Of a stretch of 64,000 nt of DNA, positions 38,262 through 51,181 are shown in pieces (position 1 is the stretch's first letter; each line of letters starts with the position of its first letter). Source of the DNA: Chiloscyllium plagiosum (lineage: Eukaryota); assembly GCF_004010195.1 (NCBI RefSeq), contig NC_057755.1, positions 1,725,306 through 1,789,305 on the forward strand, read 5' to 3'. The notes below the pieces were generated by a model. The model saw only the letters and a list, made by a program, of their open reading frames with translations, did not search any database and was not told the DNA's origin. Made by a program: the position numbers and the translations under genes.

Positions 38262-38420
38262 ATGCACCCACAAACGAAGTTGCGTCTGTGAACGAAAGAC
38301 CGTGACAAATAATAATAACAGATTGTCGCAGTATAATGAAGGTGATGATGATCATTAGAGCTGCTGCAGTCGTGGTCATGAGAGGAAGTAATGGCTTAGT
38401 AGTACTAAAACTGAGAGCTG
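38262..38420 (-). pseudogene. GPR139-like GPCR pseudogene B, ICL1-TM2-ECL1 remnant
   Basis: LSFSTTK....TAAALMIIITFIILRQ then frameshift to CYYYLSRSFVH, versus gene 1 VSPCTTRYLVVMAAADLMVIFVDVVLRSFRIYYYPLCFLD. Lies immediately upstream of the TM3 remnant once the Penelope insert is removed. Confidence 0.65.
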
Positions 38421-38884
38421 ACATAAACGATAGAGAAGTCAGTCACCAAAGATGGATCAAGGGGACATAATGTGTTTTGAAAACTAGAAGGAATGTAAGC
38501 CTCATGAGCAAATGAGATGACACACCATATAACCGTAGCGATAGCTCATCGAGCTTATTGTATACAACGCATTTTTCACATTGTGAAGATATATAGTTCA
38601 GAAAATGCTTTGCATGCAATAAGACACCAGACAACTTCTAAATTTATTTTTTCCATGAATTGATAGAACTTTATTGATGTTATACGTCACTGCCTTTGAA
38701 CTGACTACTGCATTCTGAAAAAAACCTCTGGTACTTCCGCAGTTATATATGTTTCTCTTCAGGGAGATGCACATCAACTTTGTAAGAATGTATTCCTGAT
38801 GTGAAAAACAAATGCAGACGGAGGCTTTGGTAAGGTCTGATGTTTTAAACAAAGATTGGTTCGAGACGTGAATACGACAGTTAC

Positions 38885-39295
38885 CTCAGGCTGAGACATT
38901 TTTCACTGGAGCATAAGAGTTTGAGGGGTAACATTATAAAGGTGAAAAAAAATCATGAAAGGTATATATAAGGCGAATGGAAAGTGGTTTTTCCTTAGCG
39001 TGGGGTTTTCAAGACTGGTGGCATTTTTTTTAGGTGAGAGGGTAAATTCTTAAAAAAGACATGAGGAGCAAAATGTTAACACAGAGAGTGGTTCATGTGT
39101 GGAATAAACTGACAGTGGAAGTAGTAGGTGCAGATGAAGTTGCAATGTTTAGAAGACATTTGCGTCAGCATATGAATAAAAAGTGTTTGGAGTGATATCG
39201 AGCACATGCAGACACTTGGAACGAGTTTAATTTTGGATTATGATAGGCATGGCCGAGTTGAACTGAAGCATCTGCATCCTTCTGTGTGACTTGAT
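38885..39295 (+). mobile_element. CR1 3' fragment
   Basis: ttttcactggagcataagagtttgaggggtaac...cagagagtggttcatgtgtggaataaactg and tail. Confidence 0.7.
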
Positions 39296-40754
39296 GACGC
39301 ATATATCCATGGGTCAAGGAGGGTTGTTGAATTGCAGATCCACTTGTTTTATTTTGATAATACAAAATTTGAAGTCACAGAGCAAAGTGAGATATTTTAT
39401 AAATTCCTGCTTTTGGGAACACTCAGACAGATTCTGACCAAGGTGAAAAATTGTGCCACTGGCAAAGCACATCACGTCGGGCAGCATCCGAGGAGCAGGC
39501 GAGTTGATATTTTTGACATCAGCCTTTCATCAGAAATTCCTGAGCAGGTATTGCACCTTTGCAGTTCAACAGTCGGATAACAAATTCCCGGAATCTGTAT
39601 TGATAGCATTACAAAATTTTCAGAGACATGATAGAGAAGCTGCAGTTCTGATAGTATCAGTGCAGGCGAGTTGTGCAGTCACTGTTGTTATGTGGAAAAC
39701 ATCATGTTTAACTACTGCAAAGACAAATATTTCAAATAACATTCAGATCAAGGAGCGTTTTCAGAAAACAGCTGTGTGAGGATGACAAATCTGTCTTGAT
39801 AAAGCATTTTCTCCCTCACCAGAGCTTTGAAATTCCAGAATTGTTTCCTTTCTGGATAGAAAATGAAGAAAGCGTTTGCATGCTAGCAGTATCCTGTTGC
39901 CAAATACACTGGAATGAATTGCCTGACAGAAAACACAGAATGCGTTCGTGTGTGACTCTCTGAGTCAACTACTTGGCACAGCTAACGTCGTGTGGTAACC
40001 TGGTAAGCTGGGAAATTACCATTATACTGTCTGCATTCAAAGCTTTGCTAGATACGCAACCATGAATCTTCCAAACAAAGAAGCTATTCAGCCCCCATCC
40101 CTTTAGTTGGGTTGAAGTGTCCATGGTGTGCTTCATCTCTGGATACAGCATAGAGCGAATGACGAAGGCTGATTATTCAGGGAGGTTTTACAGAACAAAT
40201 CTTGCATAATCACGGGCCTGTAGAGAGGGAGTACTGCGCTGTCAGGAAGGCTGTACAGAGTGAATATTGCATCGTCTGTATGTAACTTCTAAGACAGCAA
40301 ACTTTGCAAATTTGTACTAATCGAATTACCGGTTTTCAGAGATAACTATGAGCTACAGTGTTAATTGTTTCACTGTCAGAGGAGATGTAAAACCAAGTCT
40401 GCCCTTTTTCAATATGCAATCACTGTTGTCATGTAGTCAACATAATATCCAATTCCTGCACAGCAAGATTTCTCAAATAACACTGTGGTGAATGAATACT
40501 TTCTAAAAACAGATACGTGATGCAAACGACTCTTTCTTGGTAATGTCATATTTTCCCTCACCAGATCTGCATTCTTCAACAAAGGTCTTCAACAAAAACT
40601 CGAGCCAATCTGGAAAGATATCGCCGAAGTATTTATATGTTAACAGGTTTATTATTGTCAAAAACACTCAAAATAATTTTCTGAGAAAATTCTAAGGTAC
40701 AGAAACTTACCATGTAGCCTGTTCGTCATAACTCGCTAACTCGCACCTCCATGG

Positions 40755-43700
40755 TGTAAAGTCACGGGGTACACCCTCCTGTTTAATTCAAAACCAACAA
40801 TACTGATTCTTTTTTCCTCTGCAGTAATCTGTGAAAATCGAATGGCTGAGAACTATTTAAGTTTTTAAAAAAAACTTTGTTTCTTAAAGTATAACTGAAA
40901 ATAATTAATTAACCACATTTACAAATTCGTTCTCTAACCTAGCTTTTAGCTTCCCTTCTATAATACTCGTCTGATAAAATTCCCAGTTCTTGTCTTCGGA
41001 TCTTCCTGTGTGTTCTGTCTTCTTGTTAGGAATTTCTGCATGAAAGGTTTCTGATCGAAAAGGTACTTGTAAGAGAGCGCGATTTTCAAGCAGCCTGTTT
41101 AACTGCTGGGCCGTGGCAGCTCTCCTCTCAACTGTTCGATTTTACACCAGTCTTAAACCCAGACCATCGGAATATATCATTGGCGTTTAAGATTTCAATA
41201 TTCTCAATTCAAACTTGATTGGAAATTAGTATTTTTATCGGGGTATAATTTAAACATAATTTAAAGTATTGGCCAGTTTCAAATTTGTTTTGTCTCCAGG
41301 CGGGAAACTACTCGAGTTGGTAAATCCAGTGTTACATGCATTGTTGCCTTATTGAGAACACTTACTGTTGTCCGGTAGTTCTGCTGGTTTTAACTCTCTT
41401 ACAGGTACACTCACATCTTCATAATACTTCTCCCTTCAGATAAAAGACCTATCACAATGAAAAGATGGCTTCCTTTTTTCCTCTACTTTCTAAACACGTT
41501 ACCCTAACATGAGATAACTTCAATATAATTTCACCTGAACTTGTTCCCACATACCTGTGCATATAAAAGCATAAGGAATTAAATAAAGACAAATCTCATC
41601 TAAACTTTATCAGTTAAATCCGCAAAAAAGCGTCTGAAATTACGTTCTTCTGACCCAGAACATACATTATTTTTAAATTAAAAGTCTGCACATAAGATTC
41701 CAAAGAAATCGTCTCACGATCTTATCTTTAAAACATTCTAAGAATGTAATCGGATTGCGGTCAGTGTTCACAATCGTCTCCAACACATTGGTCGTGACAT
41801 ACTTATTAAAATGTTGTCAGGCCAGTACCAAACTCAGTAGTTCCTTTTCGATTCTGGAGTATTTCCTCTGATCGATTTTGATCTTCTTCGAAAAGTAACC
41901 AGCTGGCAGTTTGATTTCATCCTCATTTTCCTGGAGGAGTACAGCTCCAACTCCAAAGTCACTAGCATGGATGGCCACTTTTAAACGTTTTGAAATATTT
42001 TGTGTAGTTAAACTGGTTTGGTGCTTAATATGCATTTCAAATGATCGAATGCCTCCTGACATGGTTCTGTCCACCGAAATGTTGTGCTATTCTTCAGCAA
42101 ATCGGTTAACAGTACCACTATACTGCTGAATAAACCCACTAGAATCCGTTGAGTCCTAAGAATCGACGCACTTCATTCTTACAGGTTGGTCGTGGAAATT
42201 CCTCGATAGCCTTCATCTTTGTGTTCCGTAAGGTCAACCTTCCATGACCGATATAATATCCCAAAAAGTCACCTCAGCTTTCGCGAATTCTGTTTAAGTT
42301 AATTTTAGCACCTGTTTGCTTCTCGTAGTCATTCAAAGAGTTCTGGCAACTGTACCAGGTGATCTTTACAGGACTTACTGAAGATCACTACACTGTGCAA
42401 ATAGACTGAAAAGTTTGTTAACCCATCCACAACTGTCTTCGTCTGTCTTTGAAAAGTGGCACGTGCGTTCTTCATTCCAAATGGCATCACTTTAAATTGG
42501 TATAGCCCATTTGCCGTTACAAACGCAGAAATATCTTTCACGGTCTCTGATCAAGGCACCTGACAGTAACCATGCATTAAGTCCGACTTGGCGATGTAAC
42601 TGGCTAGTCTGTCATTCTCTATGCAGTCCTCTAATCTGTGAAGTTGTTGCAAGCCCGATTTTGCAATGGTGTTGACATTCCGATAATCCACACAGAATCA
42701 TTGAGTCCCGTCCAGTATGGGAACTAAGATGATCGGCGAACTCCACTCACTCTGGCTTGGTTCAATGATTTCCTCCTCGAGCATAGTCTCCACTTCCATC
42801 TGGATCTGTCTTCCTTAAGCCGATAGAGGTGTTGTTTTATCGGAGCAGTATCCCCTCCGTCTACTTCATGTCCAACAGCAATAGTCCTCCACATCTGAAT
42901 CTTACATATGTACTTGTACCGTCGTAACAAATTTTTCAACTCTGTTCTATGCTCCTGAGTCAGATAGCTTACTAATCTATCCCACTCCTAAAGGAATCCT
43001 TTATTTTAAATCTGTTTTGATGCACCTCAAAACTCATATCCTCTGGATTTGCTTTCTCACTCTGCACAGCAGTAAATAACATCTGATTCTTCAGTTCTTT
43101 CTCTCTATTGTTATACAGTTTCAAAATGTTCACATGACATACCCGATACCGTTCTTTTTTTCCTTATGGCATCTTTATCAACTAGTTCACCTGACTCAAC
43201 TTTATCTTAATTTGATAGGGACCATTAAATCTGGCTTTGAAGGGAACTCCTATCATTGGTAACAGAACTAACACGACATTCCCTTGGGAAAACGTCTCCG
43301 TGTCAGAGTTTGGACTACTATTTGCTTCATTCTGCACTAAGCCCTCGAGAGGTTCTGTTTAGCTAACTCACCTACTCAATTTCATCTGTCCCTCACGTAC
43401 TATACATAATCGAATTGCAAGATCACCACTTTTGTCCTGTCAATTTTTCTTTAATTAATTTCAAAAGGCCTCTCACTACATGGCCAAATATTAACTCAGA
43501 GAGAGTGAACTGGGTAGACTCGTTTGGGGCATCTCTAATTGCTAAAAATGCGAATGGGATACCTTTATACCAATTATTCAGGTAACCTGAAAGTATGCTA
43601 TCAAAATGTTTTTCAAAGTCTGATGCCTCCTTTCGAAAGTTCCCTGAGATTCAGGATGATATGAACTGGATCTAAAGTGCTGTATACTTGAGCTGTCCAT

Positions 43701-45715
43701 AACCTCCTTCAACAATCTAACAGTAAATGTTGACTCTTAGCAGGACTGCATCTCTCCGGTAGGCCATACCATGTGAATAAAGTTATTAACTACTCTACCA
43801 CCGTTTTTGCCTTGATACTCGGTAATGGAATTGCCTCCAGAAATCAGGTAGACACATGCATTATGGTTAATAAAGTACTGATTCCCACTTTTAGTTCGCG
43901 GGAGGGGACCTACACAATCAATTATAACCCTCGTGAACGTTTCTTCAAAGCGAGAATAGGCAGCAAATGTCCTGGACTTACTATTGCCTATGGCTTACCG
44001 ACTATTTGGCATGTATGACACATACGGCAGAAGTTAACTAAATCCTTGTGCCTTCTAGGCCAAACATGTTTTGTACATTAGCCTGAGTCTTTCCTACCCC
44101 TAGGAAACCTCCTACAGGTAATCCATGAGCTACCCATGACACTTCCTGTCTGCGTGCGACCGGCAGCACAATCTGATGCACTTAGACCATTTCTCCAAAA
44201 CACTATACTACCAGAATCTCCATTTCCGTCTTAGGATACTATCTTTCAGATAATCACGCTCTGGAATATTCTCTACCTCTTTTTCGCAGTATGTCTCGGC
44301 TTGCTGTTACAAGTCTCTGAGCCTTTCAGGATTAAACACTTCTGTCTGACCGTCCCTCTGTTCAGGTTTTTCCTGCACAATTATGACAAACAGGGTATCT
44401 GCTAACTGAACCTCAGCTCCTTTATTTTTCTCTTTACTTTTCAATTCGTGTTGTGACTTATGATGGTGGGATCTGGTTACCACATTGTGTGGAAATATAC
44501 CAGGATAATTCTGTTTTAACTCATCAGTTTCTTGCTCTTCCTTGGTCTTCTCCACAGCAAGGGTGTCACTCCCATCTTAGATACAGCCAAATCACAATTT
44601 GAATTCTTGGAACTGGCATTCTGTCAATCACTCCTGTTGCAACTTCTCCAGTCCTAACTTGGCACTGCATCCTGATCTTGCAGAATTGAATGTTGAATTT
44701 TGGTCTATCTCTAACATAAATTACCATCCTCTCGGTGTAACAGATCAGAAAGAGTGCATAATCGCTCGTCTCTTACTATCAGAGACGGGTTAGATCCTGT
44801 ACCTCTCAAAATTAAAACTTCTTGTCCTCGGCCCCGTTCTTTCTGAGTAAACTTTACCCACAGAGGCGAATACATGGTAGCGATCAGGTACTAACTCCAT
44901 TCGTAGCCCCTGCCTAGGCTATGCAGTCTCCTGCAGCTCCTCAGCTTTTCTCGATATCTCCTTTACTACCTTCACGAATGCCACTTTCTGAGCTTCTATT
45001 TCCAATGCGCCTTTCTTCAATGACCAGCACGGTGTCTTTGCATGTCCCACTTTACAATAGTGGAAACATCTGAGGTTTTTCACCTCCCTTCCACCCTATT
45101 CGACATCTTTTTTATCCTGTGTAAATTCTTACCAGAGTGCTTGACTCTTGGTTGAGTAATGTAGGACCTCCTCTTCTCCCAACTGCTATCCCTCAAAATA
45201 CGGAATTCTGGTCGGAAGCTTATCTTATTCACAAACATGTACTCGTCTGCTAATTCTACTGCCCTTCTCACTTCCTGAACTTTTCGTTCCTCTATGTAAA
45301 TTCTTACCATCTCTGGAAGTGAATTTTTAAACGCCTCCAGCAGAATAATCTCTCTGAGAGCCTCAAATGTCCTACCTATTTTCAGAGCACGCACCCATCA
45401 ATCAAATTGACAATGGTTGCTTCTTTCGAACTCAACTTAATCTGACCTGGTTCCTTCTTTGTGTTTCTGAACCACTGCCGATATGCTTCTGGTACCAATT
45501 CATTAGCACTTAAAATATCCTGTTTAAACTCTTCATAGTCTCTTGATTCCTCATCTGACAATGCCAAATATACCTCACTAGCTCTGTCTACTAATTTATA
45601 CTGAACTAGCATTACCCATAAATCCTGGGACCACTGCATCTGCCGAGCCAACTTTTCGAGTGAAAGAAAACATTCAACATCATTCTCATCAAAATGTGTA
45701 GATATGTAGATAATT
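40755..45715 (-). mobile_element. Gmr1-like Gypsy retrotransposon: gag-protease-integrase-RT-RNaseH-PPT-3'LTR (LTR 41426-40755), 5' end lost
   Basis: gag ELVPEAYRQWFR...LREIILLEAFKNSLP with a zinc-knuckle remnant about 45030-45070. Integrase about 44200-43100. RT HEVDGGDTAPIKQH, YQFKVMPFGMKNA. RNase H HASDFGVGAVLLQ...YFSKK. PPT GAAGGGAGAAG at 41427-41437. LTR ends TACA at 40755. Confidence 0.92.
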
Positions 45716-48700
45716 GGGATGCCTTCTGGGGAAGGTGGTACCTGTACAAGAAGGACGGGTTGCATCTGAACTGGAAGGGGACCAATGTCCTGAGTGGAAG
45801 GTTGCTCGTGTAGTTCGAGGGGGCTTAAACTGGTATGGCAAGGGGGTGGGAACTTGAGCTGTATACCGGAGGTGTGAGTTGATGCAGATGAGGCACTAGC
45901 AAGAGGTAGACCAGCTAGTTGTGAAGGATTTTCCTGGGAAGGAACCAAGGGATCAGATAAAGTGTGTTTGCTTTAACGCAAGGAGTATCAGGAATAACAG
46001 TGATGAGCTTAGAGCATGGATCAGTACCTGATGCTATGATGTTGCAGCCATAACAGAGACATGGGTTTCTCAGGGGCAGGAATGGTTGCTGGATGTTCCA
46101 GGGTTTAGAGCATTTAAAAAGAATAGGGAGGGGGAAAAGAGGAGGGGGTGTAGCACTACTAATTAGAGAGGGTATCACAGGTACACAAGTTTCCACTGTC
46201 GAGGAAGATCTACCTACTGAGTCAGTATGGATGGAAATTAGGAACAGCAAGGGAGCAGTCACCTCGTTAGGGGTTTACTACAGGGCCCCCAATAGCAACA
46301 GGGAGATGGAAGAAAGCATAGGTCGGCAGTTTTTCGAAAAGTGTGGACGTAGTAGGGTTGTTTTAATGAGTGACTTTAACTTTCCCAATATTGATTGGAA
46401 CCTCCATCGAGCAGAGGATTTGAATGGAGCTGTTTTTGTAAGGTGTGTTCAGGAGGGTTTCCAAACTCAGTACGTCGACAGGCCGACGATGGGAGAGGCC
46501 ATTCTAGACTTGGTGCTCGGAACTGAGCCGGGGCAGGTATCAGATCTTGTGGTGGGAGAGCATTTTGGTGATAGTGACCACAACTGCCTCCCATTCTACA
46601 TAGCTATGGAGAAGGAGAGGATTAGGCAAAATGGGAGGATATTTAATTGGGGAAGAGGAAATTATGAAACGATTAGACATGAGTTAGGAAGCATGGATTC
46701 GGAGCAATTGCTCCATGATAAAGGCACTATAGACATGTGGAGACTGTTTAAGGAACAGTTGTTGCAAGTGATGAATAAATATGTCCCTCTGAGACAGGCA
46801 AGAACGGGTAAGATAAAGGAACCTTGGATGACGAGAGCGGTGGAGCTTCTCGTCAAAAGGAAGAAGGTAGCTTACATAACGTGGAGGAAACTAGGGTCAA
46901 GCTCAGCTCTAGAGGATTATAGGCAGGCGAGGAAGAATCTCAAAAATGGTCTGAGGAGAGCCAGGATGGGGCACGAGAAAGGCTTGGCAGAACGGATTAT
47001 GGAGAACACAAAGGCATTTTACACTTATGTGAGGAATAAGAGAATGGTCAAAGAAAGTTTAGGGTCGTTCAGGGATAGCATAGGGAATTTGTGTGTGTAG
47101 TCTGAGGAGGTGGGGAAGCCCTAAATTAGATGTTTACTTCCGTCTTTACGAAAGAAACGAACTTTGTAGTGAATGAAACCTTTGAATAGCAGGTGTGCAT
47201 GCTGGATTGGATAGAAATAGAGGAAGCTTATGTGCTGAAAGTTTTGTCAAACATTAAGATTGACAAGTCACCAGGCCCGGTCCAGATTTGTCCCCGGCAG
47301 CTTTGGGAATCGAGAAATGTGATTGCTTATCCACTTGCGAAGATATTTGAATCCTCGCTCTCCACTGGAGTCGTACCTGAGGACTGGATAGAGGCAAATG
47401 TAATTCCTCTCTTCAAGAAAGGAAATAGAGAAATCACCAGCAATTACAGACCAGTAAGTCTTACGTCTGTCATCTGCAAGGTGTTAGAAAGGATTCTGAG
47501 GGATAGGACCTATGACCATCTGGAAGAGCATGGCTTGATTTAATGCAGTCAGCACGGCTTTGTGAGGGGCAGGTCATGCCTCACAAACCTTATCGAGTTC
47601 TTTGAGGATGTGACTGGAAAGTTTGATGAGTGTCGCGCTGTGGATGTGATGTATATGGACTTCAGCAAGGCATTTGATAAGGTTCCCCATGGTAGGCTCA
47701 TTCAGAAGGTCAGGAGGAATGGGATACAGGGGAACTTAGCTGTTTGGATACAGAATTGGCTGGTCAACAGAACACAGCAAGTGGTAGTAGAAGGGAAATA
47801 TTCTGCCTGGAAGTCTGTGGTGAATGGTGTTCCACAGGGCTCTGTCCTTGGGCCTCTACTGTTTGTAATGTTTATTAATGACTTGAATGAGGGAATTGAA
47901 GGATGGGTCAGAAAGTTTGCAGACGACACAAAGTTTGGAGGTGTCGTTTACAATATAGAGGGCTGTTATAGGCTGCAGCGGGACATTGACATGATGCACA
48001 GTTGGGCTGAGAGGTGGCAGATGGAATTCAACCTGGATAATGCATTTTGGAAGGTCGAATTTGAAAGCTGAATACAGGATTAAGGATAGGATTCTTGGCA
48101 GTGTGGAGGAACAGAGGGATCTTGTTGTGTAGGTACATAGATCCCTTAAAATGGCCACCCAAGTGGACAGGGTTGTTAAGAAAACACATGGTGTTTTTGC
48201 TTTCATGAAAAGGGGGATTGAGTTTAAGAGTCGTGAGATCTTGTTGCAGCTCTATAAAACTTTGGTGAGACCGCTCTTGGAATACTGCGTCTAGTTCTGG
48301 TCGCCCTATTATAGGAAAGATGTGGATGCTTCGGAGAGGGTTCAGAGGAGGTTTACCAGGATTTTGCCGGGACTGGTGGGCTTATTTTATGAAGAGAGGT
48401 AGACTGAGCTCGGACTTTCTTCATTGCAGAAAAGGAGGAGGAGAGGGGACCTAATTGAGGTATACAAGATAATGAGAGACATAGATAGAGTCGATAGCCA
48501 GAGACTATTTCCCAGGGCAGAAATGAATAACATGACGGGTCATAGTTTTAAGCTGGTTGGAGGAAAGTATAGAGAGGATGTCAGCGGCGGGTTCTTTACG
48601 CAGAGAGTTGTGAGAGCATGGAAAGTGTTGCCAACAGCAGTTGTGGAAGCAAGGTCATTGGGGACATTTAAGAGACTACTGGACATGCATATGGTCACAG

Positions 48701-48791
48701 AAATTTGAGGGTGCATACATGAGGATCAGTGGTCTGCACAACATCGTGGGCTGAAGGGCCTGTTCTGTGCTGTACTGTTCCATGTTCTATG
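45716..48791 (+). mobile_element. Relatively young CR1 LINE, 5'-truncated in ORF1, nearly complete ORF2 with few stops/frameshifts
   Basis: ORFs 46093-47100 (GVYYRAPN, SDFNFP, SDHN), 47193-47543, 47562-48071 (GVPQGSVLGP, KFADD), 48424-48708. Tail ctgtactgttccatgttctatg. Confidence 0.95.
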
Positions 48792-49420
48792 ACATTTTCT
48801 TCCTCTGGACCCGTGATGAGGAGTCACTGAAATAACTACGCAGTGATATCAATGAGTCTCATCCCACAATCAGACTTACCATGGACTACTATTTAGTATC
48901 TGTCACATTGTTGGACACATGCATTTCCATCAATGATGGGCACCTCAGCACCTCACTGTATTGCAAACCCACAGATAACCCCATGATGCTGCACTTCTCG
49001 AGCTTCCACCCGAAATATATTAAAACAACCATCCTCTATGAGCAATCCCTCTCAACACACAGGAAGTATTCGGATGAGGAGGAACGTGGCGAACACTTGA
49101 AACTGCTCAAGGATGCCCTCGTACGGACAGGGTGCGAAAACTTCACACAGACCATTAACCAAGGCTGCAATGGACCCCACGTCTCTGAGGCAACTGTGCT
49201 AACAATTGAGCCAAAGTGCCACCACTTACAGAAGTAAACTGCCAATACCATGGTAACGTCTCTCCAACATTCCTGGTCACACTTGATTTATTTAAAGGCA
49301 AGCGTTGGTCTACTTCTACCTGAAAGATATTCAATGCCCAATATTCCACAAACTGGTACAAATGCATAACCATATCATTCAGTATATACTATATACCATT
49401 CTGTATAGTATATACTATAT
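48792..49420 (+). mobile_element. Penelope-like RT/GIY-YIG fragment
   Basis: DIFFLWT...LLDTCISINDGHLSTSLYCKPTD...SFHPKYIK. Confidence 0.75.
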
Positions 49421-50004
49421 ACTATATTCCATATACCATTCTGGTGAATTGACACCGAACTCAAATACAAAATGACTCCCAAGTCCCTACTTTTTCTTGC
49501 TTTTCTCTATTAATCAAGTGCCTGCCATTGCTATGCGAACATGAAACCGCAACAGTGAATAAACAAAAAATGGCTGACGAACTGATTTCTTCAGAATCGT
49601 TCGTTCTGCCTTGCAGATTAAAACACATCTCACGTTTTTTATGTTCTCTTCTGTCAGCCTGCAACAGATAAAATACAGATGGGTCCGAAATAAAGTCATA
49701 GAAGTGAACATGGAGGTAAATCAATGTTCATGGGATTAAAGGAGCAGTAGCAGAATGGACACAACTTTGGCTCAGATACAGGCGCAGGGTAGAGGTTAAT
49801 GTTTCTTTCAGGTTCGTTGGAGCTATAGAGTGTGATCCCCCAGAGGTTCAGAATAGGACTACTACTTTGTACTGTTAATGGACTGTACTTAGATTTGCAT
49901 GACATAATGTCAGACTTTGCAGATGACACAGAATTGAGAAGGTAGAAAAAAAATCAAAAGAATAATAGCCATGTTTAAGATGATAGCGACAGAATTTATT
50001 TAAA

Positions 50005-50222
50005 GGAGAAAGTCACGACTGTCGATGTTGGAGATCAGAGTCGAGACTGTGATGCTGGAAACGTACAACACGTCAGGCAGCATCTGAGGTGCGGGAGAAT
50101 AGATGTTTTGGGCACAGGACCTTTGTCATAATCATGATGAAGGGATTATGCCCAAATGAAGTCGATTCTACTGACCCTCAGTTGCTGACTGACCTGCTGT
50201 GCCTTTCCAGCACCACACTCTA
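50005..50222. mobile_element. Fold-back Penelope-like terminal element
   Basis: Left gatgctggaaa..gtcaggcagcatctgagg is inverted against right cctcagttgctgactgacctgctgtgcctttccagcac. Centre at about 50130 with tgatgaagggattatgccc. Confidence 0.7.
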
Positions 50223-50315
50223 GAAACTGTTTACAGTTGGTCGGAGGATGAAATTGGTCCACAGGCTTCCTGATGCTGTCTCAATAAAATATTCACAACG
50301 AGACTTCCCTGCTCT

Positions 50316-50915
50316 TGTGACAATGCTGCCCATTTAACAAAGTTATGTTGTCATTGTTTTTCTTTCAAAAACTGTTGCCGAAATGGTTAACAGATCCTGT
50401 ATAAGCCAACAATGAGAGGATGACTTTAGGTCTTTTTAATATTGTTGTGTGATTAAAGGGGAGTGACCAGTCCTCCTCGTTCAAGATTACTTCAGACAGT
50501 TTCCAGCAGGGAGTCAGAAAAATGCTGGTAACAGAGAAGCAGCTACCATGAAAACATATTCCATGCTTAATGGTGTTCTTGCCTGAAGTCTGTCTGGTCT
50601 GTAAGAACCTGTGTTCGAATTTACCATTTGCCAAGGGATATGGTTGTGGACCATTACGGGGATTGGAACAACGCCTTCGTTAATTTGGGACAGAGTCAGT
50701 TGGGTTAGCAAATAAGCCTCATTATTCTCAACTCTGTTTTCTTTTGTTCATGTTTCATCCGTAGTGTTTAAATAAAAACTGTTTTGTTTAAAGCTGAGTG
50801 CTTTGGCAAGCTGTATCCCTCCTGGAATATTCACTCTACCTAAACATATGCTAAATGTTTGGGTATTGGTTACCTTTTTAAAGTGTTTTGACGAGTTCTA
50901 GCTTTGTCCATGAAA
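50316..50915 (+). mobile_element. Solo LTR related to the LTR at 4658
   Basis: Begins tgtgacaatgctgcccatttaacaaagttatg (cf. tgtgacgaagctgcacctttaacaaggttatg). AATAAA at about 50771, followed by tttgtttaaagctgagtg...cctggaa as in 5135-5180. Confidence 0.75.
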
Positions 50916-51181
50916 CCCTTGATGACCAATTAATAAAAAAACTCTTAATTTGATTAAAGTAAAAACGAGGGAGATGAAAGCTTTTTTTCTGTTATTAAGA
51001 GCAAAATCGTCTCCCAATGTCCTTTTTGTCATCAACAAATAATTAGAAAACTTGGATAAAATTTTACTATAAAACAATAGCAATCAAATGTTGGTACAAA
51101 ACTGAAGAAAATCAAACCTGAGAAATATCAATTTCCAGAAAGAAGAACTTACGGATTCATTGTTTTTCAATCTATTCAATT

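Noticed and set aside
38480..38760. TATA box (TATATAA on minus, about 38745) and exon 1 of pseudogene B
   Set aside because: No recognisable ...P G|GT exon-1 pattern could be read; too degenerate to support.
45382..45948. 188-aa ORF as a novel fusion protein
   Set aside because: Chance read-through from antisense CR1 sequence into Gypsy gag at the insertion junction.
46093..48071. Long RT/endonuclease ORFs as a functional or domesticated gene
   Set aside because: Standard CR1 ORF2 broken by stops and frameshifts and 5'-truncated.
49380..49443. AT-rich local repeat (tatactatataccattctg)
   Set aside because: Short slippage-type duplication at the end of a Penelope fragment with no evidence of function.
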